Position numbers and translations under genes: made by a program. From the IMG/VR virus record IMGVR_UViG_3300037467_001655: a stretch of 64,000 nucleotides of DNA; one strand, 5' to 3'. The stretch's first letter is position 1. Every line of letters begins with the position of its first letter. The DNA comes from a virus. Positions 35,547 to 43,859 of this stretch are shown here, piece after piece. The notes under the pieces were generated by a model. It did not search any database. It was not told the DNA's origin and was given only the letters and a program-made list of their open reading frames with translations.

Positions 35547-35713
35547 CCGCCCACCCGTCCCGCACGGCGCGCCAGGATCCGCTGCTTACGCTGCTCGTCG
35601 CTCGGCGCGGCCCAGACGTGCCAGCCGGCCTCCGGCGCGAACCGCTGGAGGTGCGTGTCCTGGTCGACGCCGCACCAGCGGCAACCGTTCGGGTTCGGCG
35701 TCGGGGCAGTCAC
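35543..35713 (-). CDS. Small phage protein (56 aa, PNGCRWCG...H...GWH.W)
   Basis: Translated by hand; GTGA coupling; common actinophage motif. Confidence 0.65.
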   Translation of the reverse strand: MTAPTPNPNGCRWCGVDQDTHLQRFAPEAGWHVWAAPSDEQRKQRILARRAGRVGG

Positions 35714-36138
35714 TCGCCCCCACCGCCCGACATCTGCTTGAAGCCGTCGAACTCCTCCAGCTCCGAATCCCGATCGAATCCGCCGCTCTCGCTTTCGGCG
35801 GTGGGGTTCACGATGTCGCCGATACGGGCACGCACGTACTCGACCGCTGCCTCTTCGAGATCCCAGGCGAGCATGTCCCCGCCAGCGCCGTCGCTGCGGC
35901 CGATCGCGGCGAGGACGTTGGTGAGCTTCTGCTGTTCGAGCTGCTGGCGCTGCACCTCCACCTGTTCGCGGATCTGGTCACCGACGTACAGCAGGGCCAT
36001 GGCGGTCGCTGCCTGGAGCGTGGCCGATGCCATTTGGATGTCGGCCAAACCTATGCCGGGCGTGTGCTTCGCCATGGTTCCCGTGGTGTCGGTGACGACT
36101 TTCTTGACGATCTCGCGGATGGTGGCTGGTTCGGACAT
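35710..36138 (-). CDS. Hypothetical protein (142 aa)
   Basis: GAGGAG RBS, ATG 36138. Confidence 0.75.
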   Translation of the reverse strand: MSEPATIREIVKKVVTDTTGTMAKHTPGIGLADIQMASATLQAATAMALLYVGDQIREQVEVQRQQLEQQKLTNVLAAIGRSDGAGGDMLAWDLEEAAVEYVRARIGDIVNPTAESESGGFDRDSELEEFDGFKQMSGGGGE

Positions 36139-36173
36139 GGTTGTGCTCCTCAGGTTTTCGGGAATAGGGGAAC

Positions 36174-36207
36174 GGCGGCCGGGCCGTGATCCATCGGCCC
36201 GGCCGCC
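36174..36207 (-). terminator. Hairpin
   Basis: ggcggccgggccg/cggcccggccgcc. Confidence 0.6.
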
Positions 36208-36254
36208 ACCCAGCGCCCGGCTTAGCGAGCGGGGCAGGCGCTGGGAGATTGGGG

Positions 36255-36596
36255 TCAGGAAGCGGCGGCCTGCTCGGCGCGTTCGCGTTCCCAGCGTTTC
36301 CGTCCGGCCTCGCTGAGTTTCCGGTTCTTCTCCAGCCGCCGCGCCTCACGCTTCTCGGCGTCGCGCTCGGCCGCCTTCTGCACCCGCTGCTTGTACTCGC
36401 GGTCCCGCCGGGCCTTCGGGTCCTGCTTCGGCTGCTCGAACGCGCTGCCCTCCTGGAGGGCCGAGGGGGCCTGGCCGGTCAGGACGCGCTGCATGTGGTC
36501 GACGGATTTGAATCCGAACGCCTTCGCGGCGTGTTCCATGGTCGGGGAGTTGAGGGGGATTCCCTTGGCGTACACCTTGACTCGGTCGATGGTCAC
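36255..36596 (-). CDS. Basic, charged hypothetical protein (113 aa)
   Basis: GTG coupled to the upstream stop (MTIDRVKVYAKG...). Confidence 0.65.
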   Translation of the reverse strand: MTIDRVKVYAKGIPLNSPTMEHAAKAFGFKSVDHMQRVLTGQAPSALQEGSAFEQPKQDPKARRDREYKQRVQKAAERDAEKREARRLEKNRKLSEAGRKRWERERAEQAAAS

Positions 36597-36793
36597 AGGA
36601 TCACCGCCGACGCGAGCAGGGTCACGACCACGGCCACGGCGATAAGGGTCCACAGCGGTCCGGCGCCGGTGGCCAGCGGCACCAGGGACACCATCGCGGC
36701 GATGGCCAGCGCGACCAGGGCGAGGGACAGGCCGAAGCTGTCGAGGACGCGTGCGAGCGTGAATCGGTTCACGTGGGGCAAGGGGATATGCAT
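36593..36793 (-). CDS. Small 2-TM membrane protein (66 aa), leader-driven
   Basis: ATG 36793 after the leader. Confidence 0.75.
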   Translation of the reverse strand: MHIPLPHVNRFTLARVLDSFGLSLALVALAIAAMVSLVPLATGAGPLWTLIAVAVVVTLLASAVIL

Positions 36794-36870
36794 ACCGGCT
36801 CCATTCCGGTGGATGACGGCTGATCCGTCTGACAAAAACCAATATACACGCGCACGCGTGTTTTGTCTTG
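36794..36870 (-). promoter_or_regulatory. Early-gene module (operator 36845-36862, leader with GGAATGGAG variant)
   Basis: aacacgcgtgcgcgtgtatatt...gtcagacggatcagccgtcatccaccggaatggagccggtATG. Confidence 0.8.
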
Positions 36871-36895
36871 GGAATCGGCTGCGCCACACCGAAAC

Positions 36896-36979
36896 CCGAA
36901 CCTGTAGGCACCCCCGAAGTCTCAGCCCGAAAATCCGGAGACTTTCCCCAGGTCGCGCCCGACCGAACCTGTAGGCACC
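36896..36979. repeat. 17-bp direct repeat CCGAACCTGTAGGCACC x2 (36896-36912, 36963-36979)
   Basis: Read directly; lies just downstream of the small terminase-like gene. Confidence 0.7.
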
Positions 36980-36986
36980 GGGGCCG

Positions 36987-37472
36987 CTACCCGCCCGGCT
37001 CCGGCTCCACCAACTCCGCATCCAGCACACCGCCGGCCGCCTTGTTGATCTCCAGCATGAAATCGTTCTTCAGCCGCTCCAACTCCCCAGCACCAGCACC
37101 GATCTGCACCGACACATCCGGCGTATCCAGGCCATGCAACCGCATCAACCGTGCCAGAGCCTTATCGGCCACGCTGGCGCCCTTCGCGAACCGCTCCATA
37201 TCGCCCTCGTCGCGACCCTCCAACATCACACCCAGCCCGTGCTCCCACAGCTTCTCCGCACGCGCCACCATCAACGGCCGCACCGTCTCCGCGGCCTTCT
37301 TCGCCGAACGCTTCAACGCAGCGTTCACGGCCTTCCGCGCCCCCGACTCCGACGCATACCCCTCCGCTTCCGCGATCTCCGCGTAGGTCAGGCCCTTCAC
37401 CGCCAGATCCAGGCAGCGTTGCTGCTTCGCCTTCACCTCGATCTTCGTGACCGCGGCACCACGCGCTGTCAC
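36987..37472 (-). CDS. Terminase small subunit-like HTH protein
   Basis: RCLDLAVKGLTYAEIAEAEGYASESGARKAV...LARLMRLHGLD. Confidence 0.75.
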   Translation of the reverse strand: MTARGAAVTKIEVKAKQQRCLDLAVKGLTYAEIAEAEGYASESGARKAVNAALKRSAKKAAETVRPLMVARAEKLWEHGLGVMLEGRDEGDMERFAKGASVADKALARLMRLHGLDTPDVSVQIGAGAGELERLKNDFMLEINKAAGGVLDAELVEPEPGG

Positions 37473-38266
37473 CCCGCACCGCCCTTGGTCGCACCGATTT
37501 CGTGATAGCGACGGACGATTTCGCGTTTCAGCTCAGTGAGCACACCCTTCCCGAACTCTGCCCCGGTGGAGGTTTCCCACCATCCGGTGTCGTCCTCGCA
37601 CTGGTCCTTGTCGATACCGCGGAGCAGTTCGTCCACCCAGCTCAGATCGATTGCCGTCGCCGCCTGGCGGTGCTCGCTATCGAGGAAGCGTTCCATCCGG
37701 CGCGCTGCCTCCTGCGGGGTGTGTCCGTCCCATTCGGCGGCGGTGTTGCGGATCGGGACGTGGAACTTGTACCAGTCGCCGATCTCGTAGTGGTTGCTGA
37801 TCTGTCCGGTGGGCAGCTGCGCGTAGACGACGAACCACCGCCCGTCGAAGCACACCGATCCATCCGAGTGCCGGACCGATTTGTGCACGTCGTAGAAGCC
37901 CTGGCGTGCCCACTCATTGACCAGGAGCGCGTTGTAGAGCATCCGGTAGTGGTAGAGCTCGGCGAACGTGTGAAAGCCGTCCGAGGTGTCCGCGGCGAGG
38001 TGGCCAATGCGCGCGTACGCCTGGTCCCGCTCCACCTCATCCGATGGGCCATGCATCGGGTTGGCGCGCTGGCACATCCGTTCGGCAGCGAGATAGCCGG
38101 CCTCGAAGATCCCGCGCGCAGTCGGGGCGGCCGGTACGTGGTGGATCTTCTCGATGGCTTCGGCGCTGGCCTGCAGGGTGATCGGATGCCGGTATGGGTG
38201 CGGGAATGCCGGTTTGCCGCAGGTGGTGCAGATAGCGGACGTGTTGATCGGGGTGTTGCTGCCCAT
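37469..38266 (-). CDS. WDGH-domain phage protein
   Basis: TSDGFHTFAELYHYR...KS.RHSDG...WFVV...LPTGQISNHY...WDGHT. Confidence 0.75.
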   Translation of the reverse strand: MGSNTPINTSAICTTCGKPAFPHPYRHPITLQASAEAIEKIHHVPAAPTARGIFEAGYLAAERMCQRANPMHGPSDEVERDQAYARIGHLAADTSDGFHTFAELYHYRMLYNALLVNEWARQGFYDVHKSVRHSDGSVCFDGRWFVVYAQLPTGQISNHYEIGDWYKFHVPIRNTAAEWDGHTPQEAARRMERFLDSEHRQAATAIDLSWVDELLRGIDKDQCEDDTGWWETSTGAEFGKGVLTELKREIVRRYHEIGATKGGAG

Positions 38267-38271
38267 GGCCG

Positions 38272-38571
38272 TCAGCCCTCCACGTCGTATGTGGCAGCGA
38301 ATACGTCAGCCGCGCACGGATAGAACTCGCCCCGGATTCCGCGGATGATCCAGTCGTTGTCGTTGACCGGTATCCACTCGCCCTGTAGTTCGTCGTACAC
38401 GTGCGGTTTGTCCCAGGTGCCGGAGATCTCCGCTGGTTCGAGGAATCTGCTCTCGCCGTTGTCCCGGGTGCCGGTGAAGGCTTTGATGGCGTCGGCGTTC
38501 GTGCCGTCCCACTGCATGGCGTCGATAGTGACGGGTCGCTTCGTGTATCGCTGTGGTGTGTGGTTGCCCAT
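38272..38571 (-). CDS. Conserved phage protein (KRPVTIDAMQW...WIIRGIRGEFYPC..DVFAATY)
   Basis: Widespread phage motif; leaderless late promoter upstream. Confidence 0.8.
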   Translation of the reverse strand: MGNHTPQRYTKRPVTIDAMQWDGTNADAIKAFTGTRDNGESRFLEPAEISGTWDKPHVYDELQGEWIPVNDNDWIIRGIRGEFYPCAADVFAATYDVEG

Positions 38572-38600
38572 GGCGGCGGACGGTAGGTAGCTGGGGTGCA
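38572..38600 (-). promoter_or_regulatory. Putative leaderless late promoter TGCACCCC-N7-TACCGT-N8-ATG
   Basis: Consensus match; heads the operon containing the small terminase. Confidence 0.7.
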
Positions 38601-38675
38601 ACGGATTCGGCGCCGCGGGCGATGTATGGCCGTCAGGGCAGTCGATCGCCCCGCGTGGGGCATGAACAGGGAGAC

Positions 38676-38912
38676 ATGGAGTTGGCGGTAACGAAACTGC
38701 ACTACGGCGGCCAGGAATTCCGGGTGGACGAAGCGGAGGCTAAGGAGTTCGAGAGGAAGGTGCGGGAGTGCCTGCAGGCCGCTGATGAGTTCATCTCGTT
38801 CCAGGATGTGAAGCTGGCGAACGGTGGAACCGTGAACGTTGCGGTGTCGCGCTATATCCCGATCGCGATCGAACACTCGAACCCGAACCCGCCGAAAGCT
38901 GTATTCGGGTAG
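38676..38912 (+). CDS. Hypothetical protein (78 aa)
   Basis: GGGAGA RBS, ATG 38676. Confidence 0.65.
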   Translation: MELAVTKLHYGGQEFRVDEAEAKEFERKVRECLQAADEFISFQDVKLANGGTVNVAVSRYIPIAIEHSNPNPPKAVFG

Positions 38913-38933
38913 CGGTGACCGTGAGGAGTTCCA

Positions 38934-39128
38934 ATGCCTGAGCGGCAGACAATCCACATCCCCGGGCATCACCGTAGCGCGAGGGCCCTCGCGGTCCGGG
39001 ACGCCACCATGCAGGTGCAGGCGACGAATGCGGCGGCGATGGACTTCCAGTGGGAGGGGTATGTGAGCGGGGAGGGAACCTCGCACGACGGCTATCACAA
39101 GGTCAGCTACATCGTGCAAGGCACCTGA
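38934..39128 (+). CDS. Hypothetical protein (64 aa)
   Basis: GAGGAG RBS; followed by a hairpin at about 39139-39178. Confidence 0.6.
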   Translation: MPERQTIHIPGHHRSARALAVRDATMQVQATNAAAMDFQWEGYVSGEGTSHDGYHKVSYIVQGT

Positions 39129-39208
39129 GATACGAAACCGCCCCAGCCGGAAGCGGATCCATATCGGCTGGGGCGGCCGTGCCCGGACGGGCACGATCAG
39201 GGGCCGGG

Positions 39209-39766
39209 TCAGGCGAAGTCGCGGGCTTTCAGCTTCGCCCGCCGGCCGTCCGGGTGGTGCCACACGATGCCCTCGATCCAGTCGCGGTAGTCGTTGCCGC
39301 GGTATGGGGCCAGGGCATCACGGAGACTGTCGAACGTGAGCGAGGCAGGAAGGTCGACCTCGACCGCGCCATGTCTCACCAGGAGATGTGTGGTTCGTTC
39401 GTGGGGGTTGCCGTTGACCTTCGGGCCGATGAGTTCGTATGTGCCGATTGTGGTGGGCCTGACGTTATCGAGGGCGTCGGAGAACGCTTTCGCGAACGGG
39501 GATTGTTCGATCGGTTCCCATCCGACGCGTTTGCCGGTGACCTCGTCGGCGTCGATCTCCTCCCAGTTGGGAGGCGGGGTCTTGCCGGGCTTCACTTCCC
39601 GTCGCGCCCACCACTGTTCGCCATCGAACGCGGTGCACGTGCCGTCGTATTTCGCGGTCGCGGTGCCTTCACCAGCTAGTACCCATTCGCAGCCGGGTGT
39701 GACTTCGGGGAGGACGTAGCGGCGGTCGTCGGGGTTGCGGACGAACACTGTCGGGATCTTGCGCAT
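39209..39766 (-). CDS. RNA ligase-like nucleotidyltransferase (DUF5565/Rnl-type)
   Basis: MRKIPTVF, ATAKYDGTC (motif I), YELIGPKVNGNP, IEGIVWHH.DGRRAKLK. Confidence 0.8.
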   Translation of the reverse strand: MRKIPTVFVRNPDDRRYVLPEVTPGCEWVLAGEGTATAKYDGTCTAFDGEQWWARREVKPGKTPPPNWEEIDADEVTGKRVGWEPIEQSPFAKAFSDALDNVRPTTIGTYELIGPKVNGNPHERTTHLLVRHGAVEVDLPASLTFDSLRDALAPYRGNDYRDWIEGIVWHHPDGRRAKLKARDFA

Positions 39767-39769
39767 GGT

Positions 39770-40114
39770 CTACTGCTCCTTCGGTTCGAACAGGCGGCAG
39801 GCGGGCCACCAGCTGCGCATGTCGGGGCCCCAGCTGCCGCGCGAATTCCGGACTCCCGCCTCCTCGCATTTCAGGAAGTCGGAGTTACCGGCGCCGGTGC
39901 GGTACAGGTGCCGGCATCCCCGGCAGCGGAGGCCCGGGCCGGTGCGGTTCTTGGCTGCGTCGCGGTGGAGGCGTTCGCGGGTGCCGGGATTGAATCCGGC
40001 GGCGATGGTGTCGGCCTGCCGGAGGGTGCGGGCGGCGTCGCGGCCCAGGCCCTCGAACCGGTCCGCGACGGGCACCGGTTCGAGGTCGGGGAACAGCGAC
40101 GGGTCGTCGCTCAT
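39770..40114 (-). CDS. Cys-rich hypothetical protein (114 aa)
   Basis: RCRGCRH, FLKCE, WPACRLF. Confidence 0.75.
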   Translation of the reverse strand: MSDDPSLFPDLEPVPVADRFEGLGRDAARTLRQADTIAAGFNPGTRERLHRDAAKNRTGPGLRCRGCRHLYRTGAGNSDFLKCEEAGVRNSRGSWGPDMRSWWPACRLFEPKEQ

Positions 40115-40695
40115 CGCCGATCCCACAGACCGCGGCCCAGCAGTTCGGCAGTCTGGGCGGCGTCGAATTCAGCTTCGATCGCATCGATGTGGTCGATGTC
40201 GGCGGCGGAGAGGAGACGGTTCATCCACGCCGGATGCGGTGGCGCGTCGGTCGGGTAGCCCTGGACCTGGCCGCCGGGGTTGCAGCCGAGCCTGTGGGAC
40301 ATGGTGATCGCGTCCATGAAGTGGTCGGCTTGGACGATGCAGACACCGAGGAACCCGCCGGCGCCTGACACCTGCTCGTCGTAGGGCCGGGACTTGGTGG
40401 TGTCCACGAACGACAGCCACCACAGGCCGGTCGGGGATACGTCGCCCGGTCTGCGCGCTCGGTAGGTCAGCGGGATGAAACCGTGGCCGGTGGTCATGAC
40501 TTCGAGGGCGAACCGGCGAGCTTGGTCGGCGAACAGGTCGCGGCCGATACGCTCCGCGGCCTGCGCCGGGGTGAGCGCGGACAGGGTGCAGCGCTCCCAC
40601 GGGCTCTGATTCCCGAGTGCGTGAGTGATCGCACCGAGCAGGCCAGTGAAGTCGGCTTCCGTAGGGGCGTACCGATAGGGCTGGTCATGGCTCAT
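40111..40695 (-). CDS. Hypothetical protein (194 aa)
   Basis: ATGA-coupled; LWWLSF.D...FLGVCIV...GCNPGGQV. Confidence 0.75.
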   Translation of the reverse strand: MSHDQPYRYAPTEADFTGLLGAITHALGNQSPWERCTLSALTPAQAAERIGRDLFADQARRFALEVMTTGHGFIPLTYRARRPGDVSPTGLWWLSFVDTTKSRPYDEQVSGAGGFLGVCIVQADHFMDAITMSHRLGCNPGGQVQGYPTDAPPHPAWMNRLLSAADIDHIDAIEAEFDAAQTAELLGRGLWDRR

Positions 40696-40934
40696 GTGTC
40701 GTCGCATCCGCAGGTGTTGGTGTGGCGGTCGCCGTGCTTGCCGTCAGGTCCGGTCGGCCGCTGCCGACCGACGTCGCGCAGCAGTTCGGCGATCACCTCG
40801 GCGTACCGGTCGCGCTGCTCGCCTGCCGGGTAGAAGTTCAGGACGGCGCATTCGGCGTAGCTGAGTGCTTCGCCCACGGTCTTGATGCTGCGCGACGAGT
40901 GGAGGGCGCTGCCCTGGGTGTGTTCGGCGCTCAT
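40692..40934 (-). CDS. Hypothetical protein (80 aa)
   Basis: Coupled ORF; GRQRPTGPDGKHGDRHT motif. Confidence 0.7.
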   Translation of the reverse strand: MSAEHTQGSALHSSRSIKTVGEALSYAECAVLNFYPAGEQRDRYAEVIAELLRDVGRQRPTGPDGKHGDRHTNTCGCDDT

Positions 40935-41038
40935 CCGTACAGCTCGGCGGTGATGATCGGGGTCCAGTAGACGGGGCCGTGGCCCTCCAGGGTGATCACC
41001 GGGTGATGCAGAAAGGGGGCGAGCAGGTAGCGCAGCAT
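40931..41038 (-). CDS. 35-aa small protein
   Basis: MLRYLLAPFLHHPVITLEANGPVYWTPIITAELYG; coupled at both ends. Confidence 0.5.
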   Translation of the reverse strand: MLRYLLAPFLHHPVITLEGHGPVYWTPIITAELYG

Positions 41039-41184
41039 TACGAGTTCTCCGTGTTCTCAGGGATGGTGGGCCGGGTCAGGCAGACGCGGCAGTTGCAGTT
41101 GTCCGCGCCGCGGCCGGTGTGGCCGAGCGCGCCGGCGGCTGCGGCTGCGGCGAGGTAGGCGAGAGTCGATGGGGTACCGGCCAT
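41038..41184 (-). CDS. 48-aa small protein with CxCxxC
   Basis: Coupled at both ends. Confidence 0.5.
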   Translation of the reverse strand: MAGTPSTLAYLAAAAAAGALGHTGRGADNCNCRVCLTRPTIPENTENS

Positions 41185-41471
41185 CAGGTGTCCCCGTCGG
41201 TGGCGGTGGTCTTCTCGTCGGTGGTGATGTATCCCCGTGCGAGGAAAACCCGCAGGACAAGGTCCCGAATGTGGTCCCACCGGCGCGCTTTCGCGTCCTG
41301 GCGGCGATGCCAGTCCGCGTGCACCTCCGGGCGGATCACGTACACGCCGCACGGCTCGCATACCGACGACACCGGCGGCAGTCCCACCGGTGGGGACATG
41401 CGTGGGAGTTCGGCCGCCGGCGGAGCGGGTGTCGATTTCCGGCGGCTGATCGTCAGCTTCGAGCGGTTCAC
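41184..41471 (-). CDS. Hypothetical protein (95 aa)
   Basis: CEPCGVYV...HADWH motif; coupled. Confidence 0.65.
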   Translation of the reverse strand: MNRSKLTISRRKSTPAPPAAELPRMSPPVGLPPVSSVCEPCGVYVIRPEVHADWHRRQDAKARRWDHIRDLVLRVFLARGYITTDEKTTATDGDT

Positions 41472-41953
41472 CGGTGGGCCTCCTCGGGCTCCAACACCAC
41501 GGTCACCGAGCCTTCGCGTTCCAGCAGTTGCTCAGAGGTCAGCCGATCGTCGGCCAGGTACGCGCCGCCCCAGTTCGCGCGCGACCGCGGAGTCAGGCTG
41601 TGCGAAGTGAGCTGCCAGGCTGTGCCCAGTGCGCCGCGATGGCCGACCACGATGGTGCGGCCGGGCAGCGCGTCCAGTTCCTCGGCGGTCTCGATGCGGC
41701 GGGGCGGTGGACGCCATCCCAGCGCGGTTACAGCCCCGGCCATGGCCTCGACATTGGCAGTGCAGATCGCGCAGGTGGCATCGAACCTGTGCTCGTCATG
41801 CGCAGAGCGGAGGCCGCGGTCAGACCACGTGTACGCCATGAGGTCCGCGGTGAGCTGGTCACGGGTCGCCGCACGCTTGCGCTCGGCCCGGTACTCCGCG
41901 CGGCGCGCTTCTTCGAGCGCCCGGACCTCCGCGATAGCTTCGTCGGAGATCAT
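41468..41953 (-). CDS. Hypothetical protein with a C-terminal ELDALP domain
   Basis: ATGA coupling at 41953. Confidence 0.7.
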   Translation of the reverse strand: MISDEAIAEVRALEEARRAEYRAERKRAATRDQLTADLMAYTWSDRGLRSAHDEHRFDATCAICTANVEAMAGAVTALGWRPPPRRIETAEELDALPGRTIVVGHRGALGTAWQLTSHSLTPRSRANWGGAYLADDRLTSEQLLEREGSVTVVLEPEEAHR

Positions 41954-42135
41954 TCGGACCCCTCCCGCACCAACCGCGGCTCCCACTTCGCGACCTTGGC
42001 CGACCACATCGGCGCCGTTTCGAAGCTGTGCCACAGGCCGTCTGCGCCCTTCGTGGACACATCGCTGTACCGCTCGATGATCCGGGCGCCCGCGGGCAGT
42101 GCATCGAGCTGTTCGGCGGTCAGGGGCTCAGCCAT
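41950..42135 (-). CDS. Small protein with an ELDALP domain (61 aa)
   Basis: LTAEQLDALPAGARII. Confidence 0.7.
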   Translation of the reverse strand: MAEPLTAEQLDALPAGARIIERYSDVSTKGADGLWHSFETAPMWSAKVAKWEPRLVREGSE

Positions 42136-42532
42136 GGTTGTTCACCTCCTCCTCGAGGAATCGCGCGTACGCGCCTTCGTCCACGCCGAATTCGTGTTTG
42201 AGCCACTGGTCGTAGGACTCCTGGAGGTCCTTCTCGCCTTCCAGCTCGGCGATGCGGGAGTCCTGGGCAGCCACTTGCTCACGCAGTTCCACCACACGCG
42301 CCTGCAGCGCTCCCGCAGTGCCACGTGCCGCACCAACATCGCGCCGGGCCTCGTCCAGCTGGGCCTCCAGTTCCTTGACGCGGGCGTGCTGTTCGGCCAC
42401 GAGCCGGGGCAAGTCACCGAACAGTGTGTCGCCCCGCTCGCCGAGTGCGGTTGTAATGGCGACGAGCAGGCCGGCGAACCGCTGGGTGGTCGCGTGGTAG
42501 TCGGAGAGCGGTTCGGATGTCTGGTCAGGCAT
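42128..42532 (-). CDS. Coiled-coil hypothetical protein (134 aa)
   Basis: Heptad repeats. Confidence 0.7.
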   Translation of the reverse strand: MPDQTSEPLSDYHATTQRFAGLLVAITTALGERGDTLFGDLPRLVAEQHARVKELEAQLDEARRDVGAARGTAGALQARVVELREQVAAQDSRIAELEGEKDLQESYDQWLKHEFGVDEGAYARFLEEEVNNHG

Positions 42533-42797
42533 TGCGGTCCCCGGGGGTGTCGAATCGGGCGTACTGGACGGCTTCGATCGCGTGCTGGTAGGCCAGTTCG
42601 TCGCGGTCCCGGTAGCCGGCCTGGAATCCCGTGCAGTACAGGGCGACCAGCGAGGAGACGGCGATGATGTCGGCGAGTGCGACGACCCAGGCTGGCCAGG
42701 TGGTGGTGATGAGCAGCAGCACCGGGAGGCCGAACGCGACGGTGACGAAGCCGGCGAATGCCGCGCGGGTGAACGCGCGGCTTTCGGTGCGGATCAC
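42525..42797 (-). CDS. Membrane protein (90 aa, 2 TM)
   Basis: GTGA coupling. Confidence 0.65.
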   Translation of the reverse strand: MIRTESRAFTRAAFAGFVTVAFGLPVLLLITTTWPAWVVALADIIAVSSLVALYCTGFQAGYRDRDELAYQHAIEAVQYARFDTPGDRNA

Positions 42798-43363
42798 TTC
42801 GGTACGTCCGCGACGGAGGTGGGGCCCAGCGCGATCGCGCCGCCGGTCTTCTGCGGCGGCAGCGGCTGATCGAACAGCAGGACGTTGATTCCGAGTCCGG
42901 CGGTGTATTCGATGTAGGCGCCGGTGGTGGCGTCCTTGCCGTAGTACGAGTTGCAGCCGCCGGTGCCGGTCGAGTAGGTGCCGTCCATCGACGGGCGCGG
43001 CGTGGTGACCTTGCCGTTGCTGTCGGAGTCGATGTCGAACGTGGGGACCAAGCTGGTGCAGTAGGAGACGGGCAGGCCCTCGAGGACGTAGTAGCCGAGC
43101 ATCTTGCCCTCGGCCGACTGGAGGTACACGTAGGACAGCTTCTTCGGGGATTTGCCCCAGGTGTCGATCCAGAAGTTCTTCGTCGCTCGGGTGGGGGAGT
43201 AGGCCATCGCGTGCGCGGGCTGGGCGGCTTGCAGTTTCGCGAAGGTTCCGTCGACGGTGGCGCGTTCGCTGTTCGCGGCCTTCTTCTGGTCGTTGCATCC
43301 TGACGCGAACAGCGCGGTGGTGGCGATCAGGGCGGCGGCGGTGAGTTTCAGCGGATAGCGCAT
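42794..43363 (-). CDS. Lipoprotein (189 aa)
   Basis: Lipobox ASGC; GGAGG RBS. Confidence 0.8.
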   Translation of the reverse strand: MRYPLKLTAAALIATTALFASGCNDQKKAANSERATVDGTFAKLQAAQPAHAMAYSPTRATKNFWIDTWGKSPKKLSYVYLQSAEGKMLGYYVLEGLPVSYCTSLVPTFDIDSDSNGKVTTPRPSMDGTYSTGTGGCNSYYGKDATTGAYIEYTAGLGINVLLFDQPLPPQKTGGAIALGPTSVADVPK

Positions 43364-43794
43364 GTGGTGGCCTCCTGGGCGGGATCGATGTGGAAGGGAA
43401 GGTTGGAGGCCAGGAAGTGGCCTTGGGTGTCGGTCTTGGCGGCGTCGGCGTTGTAGGCGGCGATGGCCTGGGCGCGGGACGCGGTGACCGCGGTGATGGT
43501 GGTGTTGATCTGGGCGACCCGATCGGCGGGCGGGTTGGTGGCCAGTTCGGCTTTCAGCGCGGTGAGGGTCGCTTCCTTGCCCTGGATCGCGCCGCACTGG
43601 TCGAAGAACGAGTTGTAGGCGGCGATTCGGTAGTTGCCGTTGCCGCGTACCTGCTCGGTCACCGCGGCCGATCCGCGGAAGTCAGCGGTGTGCTTGTTCG
43701 TGAAGACGATGCCCAGCCAGACGGCGATACCGATCACGATCACGGCGACACCGATCACGATCCACCAGCCGAGCTCTCGAAAGCGGTTCAACAT
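43348..43794 (-). CDS. N-terminally anchored membrane protein, partner of the lipoprotein
   Basis: Single TM segment then a helical domain. Confidence 0.8.
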   Translation of the reverse strand: MLNRFRELGWWIVIGVAVIVIGIAVWLGIVFTNKHTADFRGSAAVTEQVRGNGNYRIAAYNSFFDQCGAIQGKEATLTALKAELATNPPADRVAQINTTITAVTASRAQAIAAYNADAAKTDTQGHFLASNLPFHIDPAQEATTCAIR

Positions 43795-43859
43795 TTGTCC
43801 TTTCGGAGAGGAATGGGGTTGTCGGCGGGCCGCCCGCAGAGCGGCCCGCCGATCGGGGC

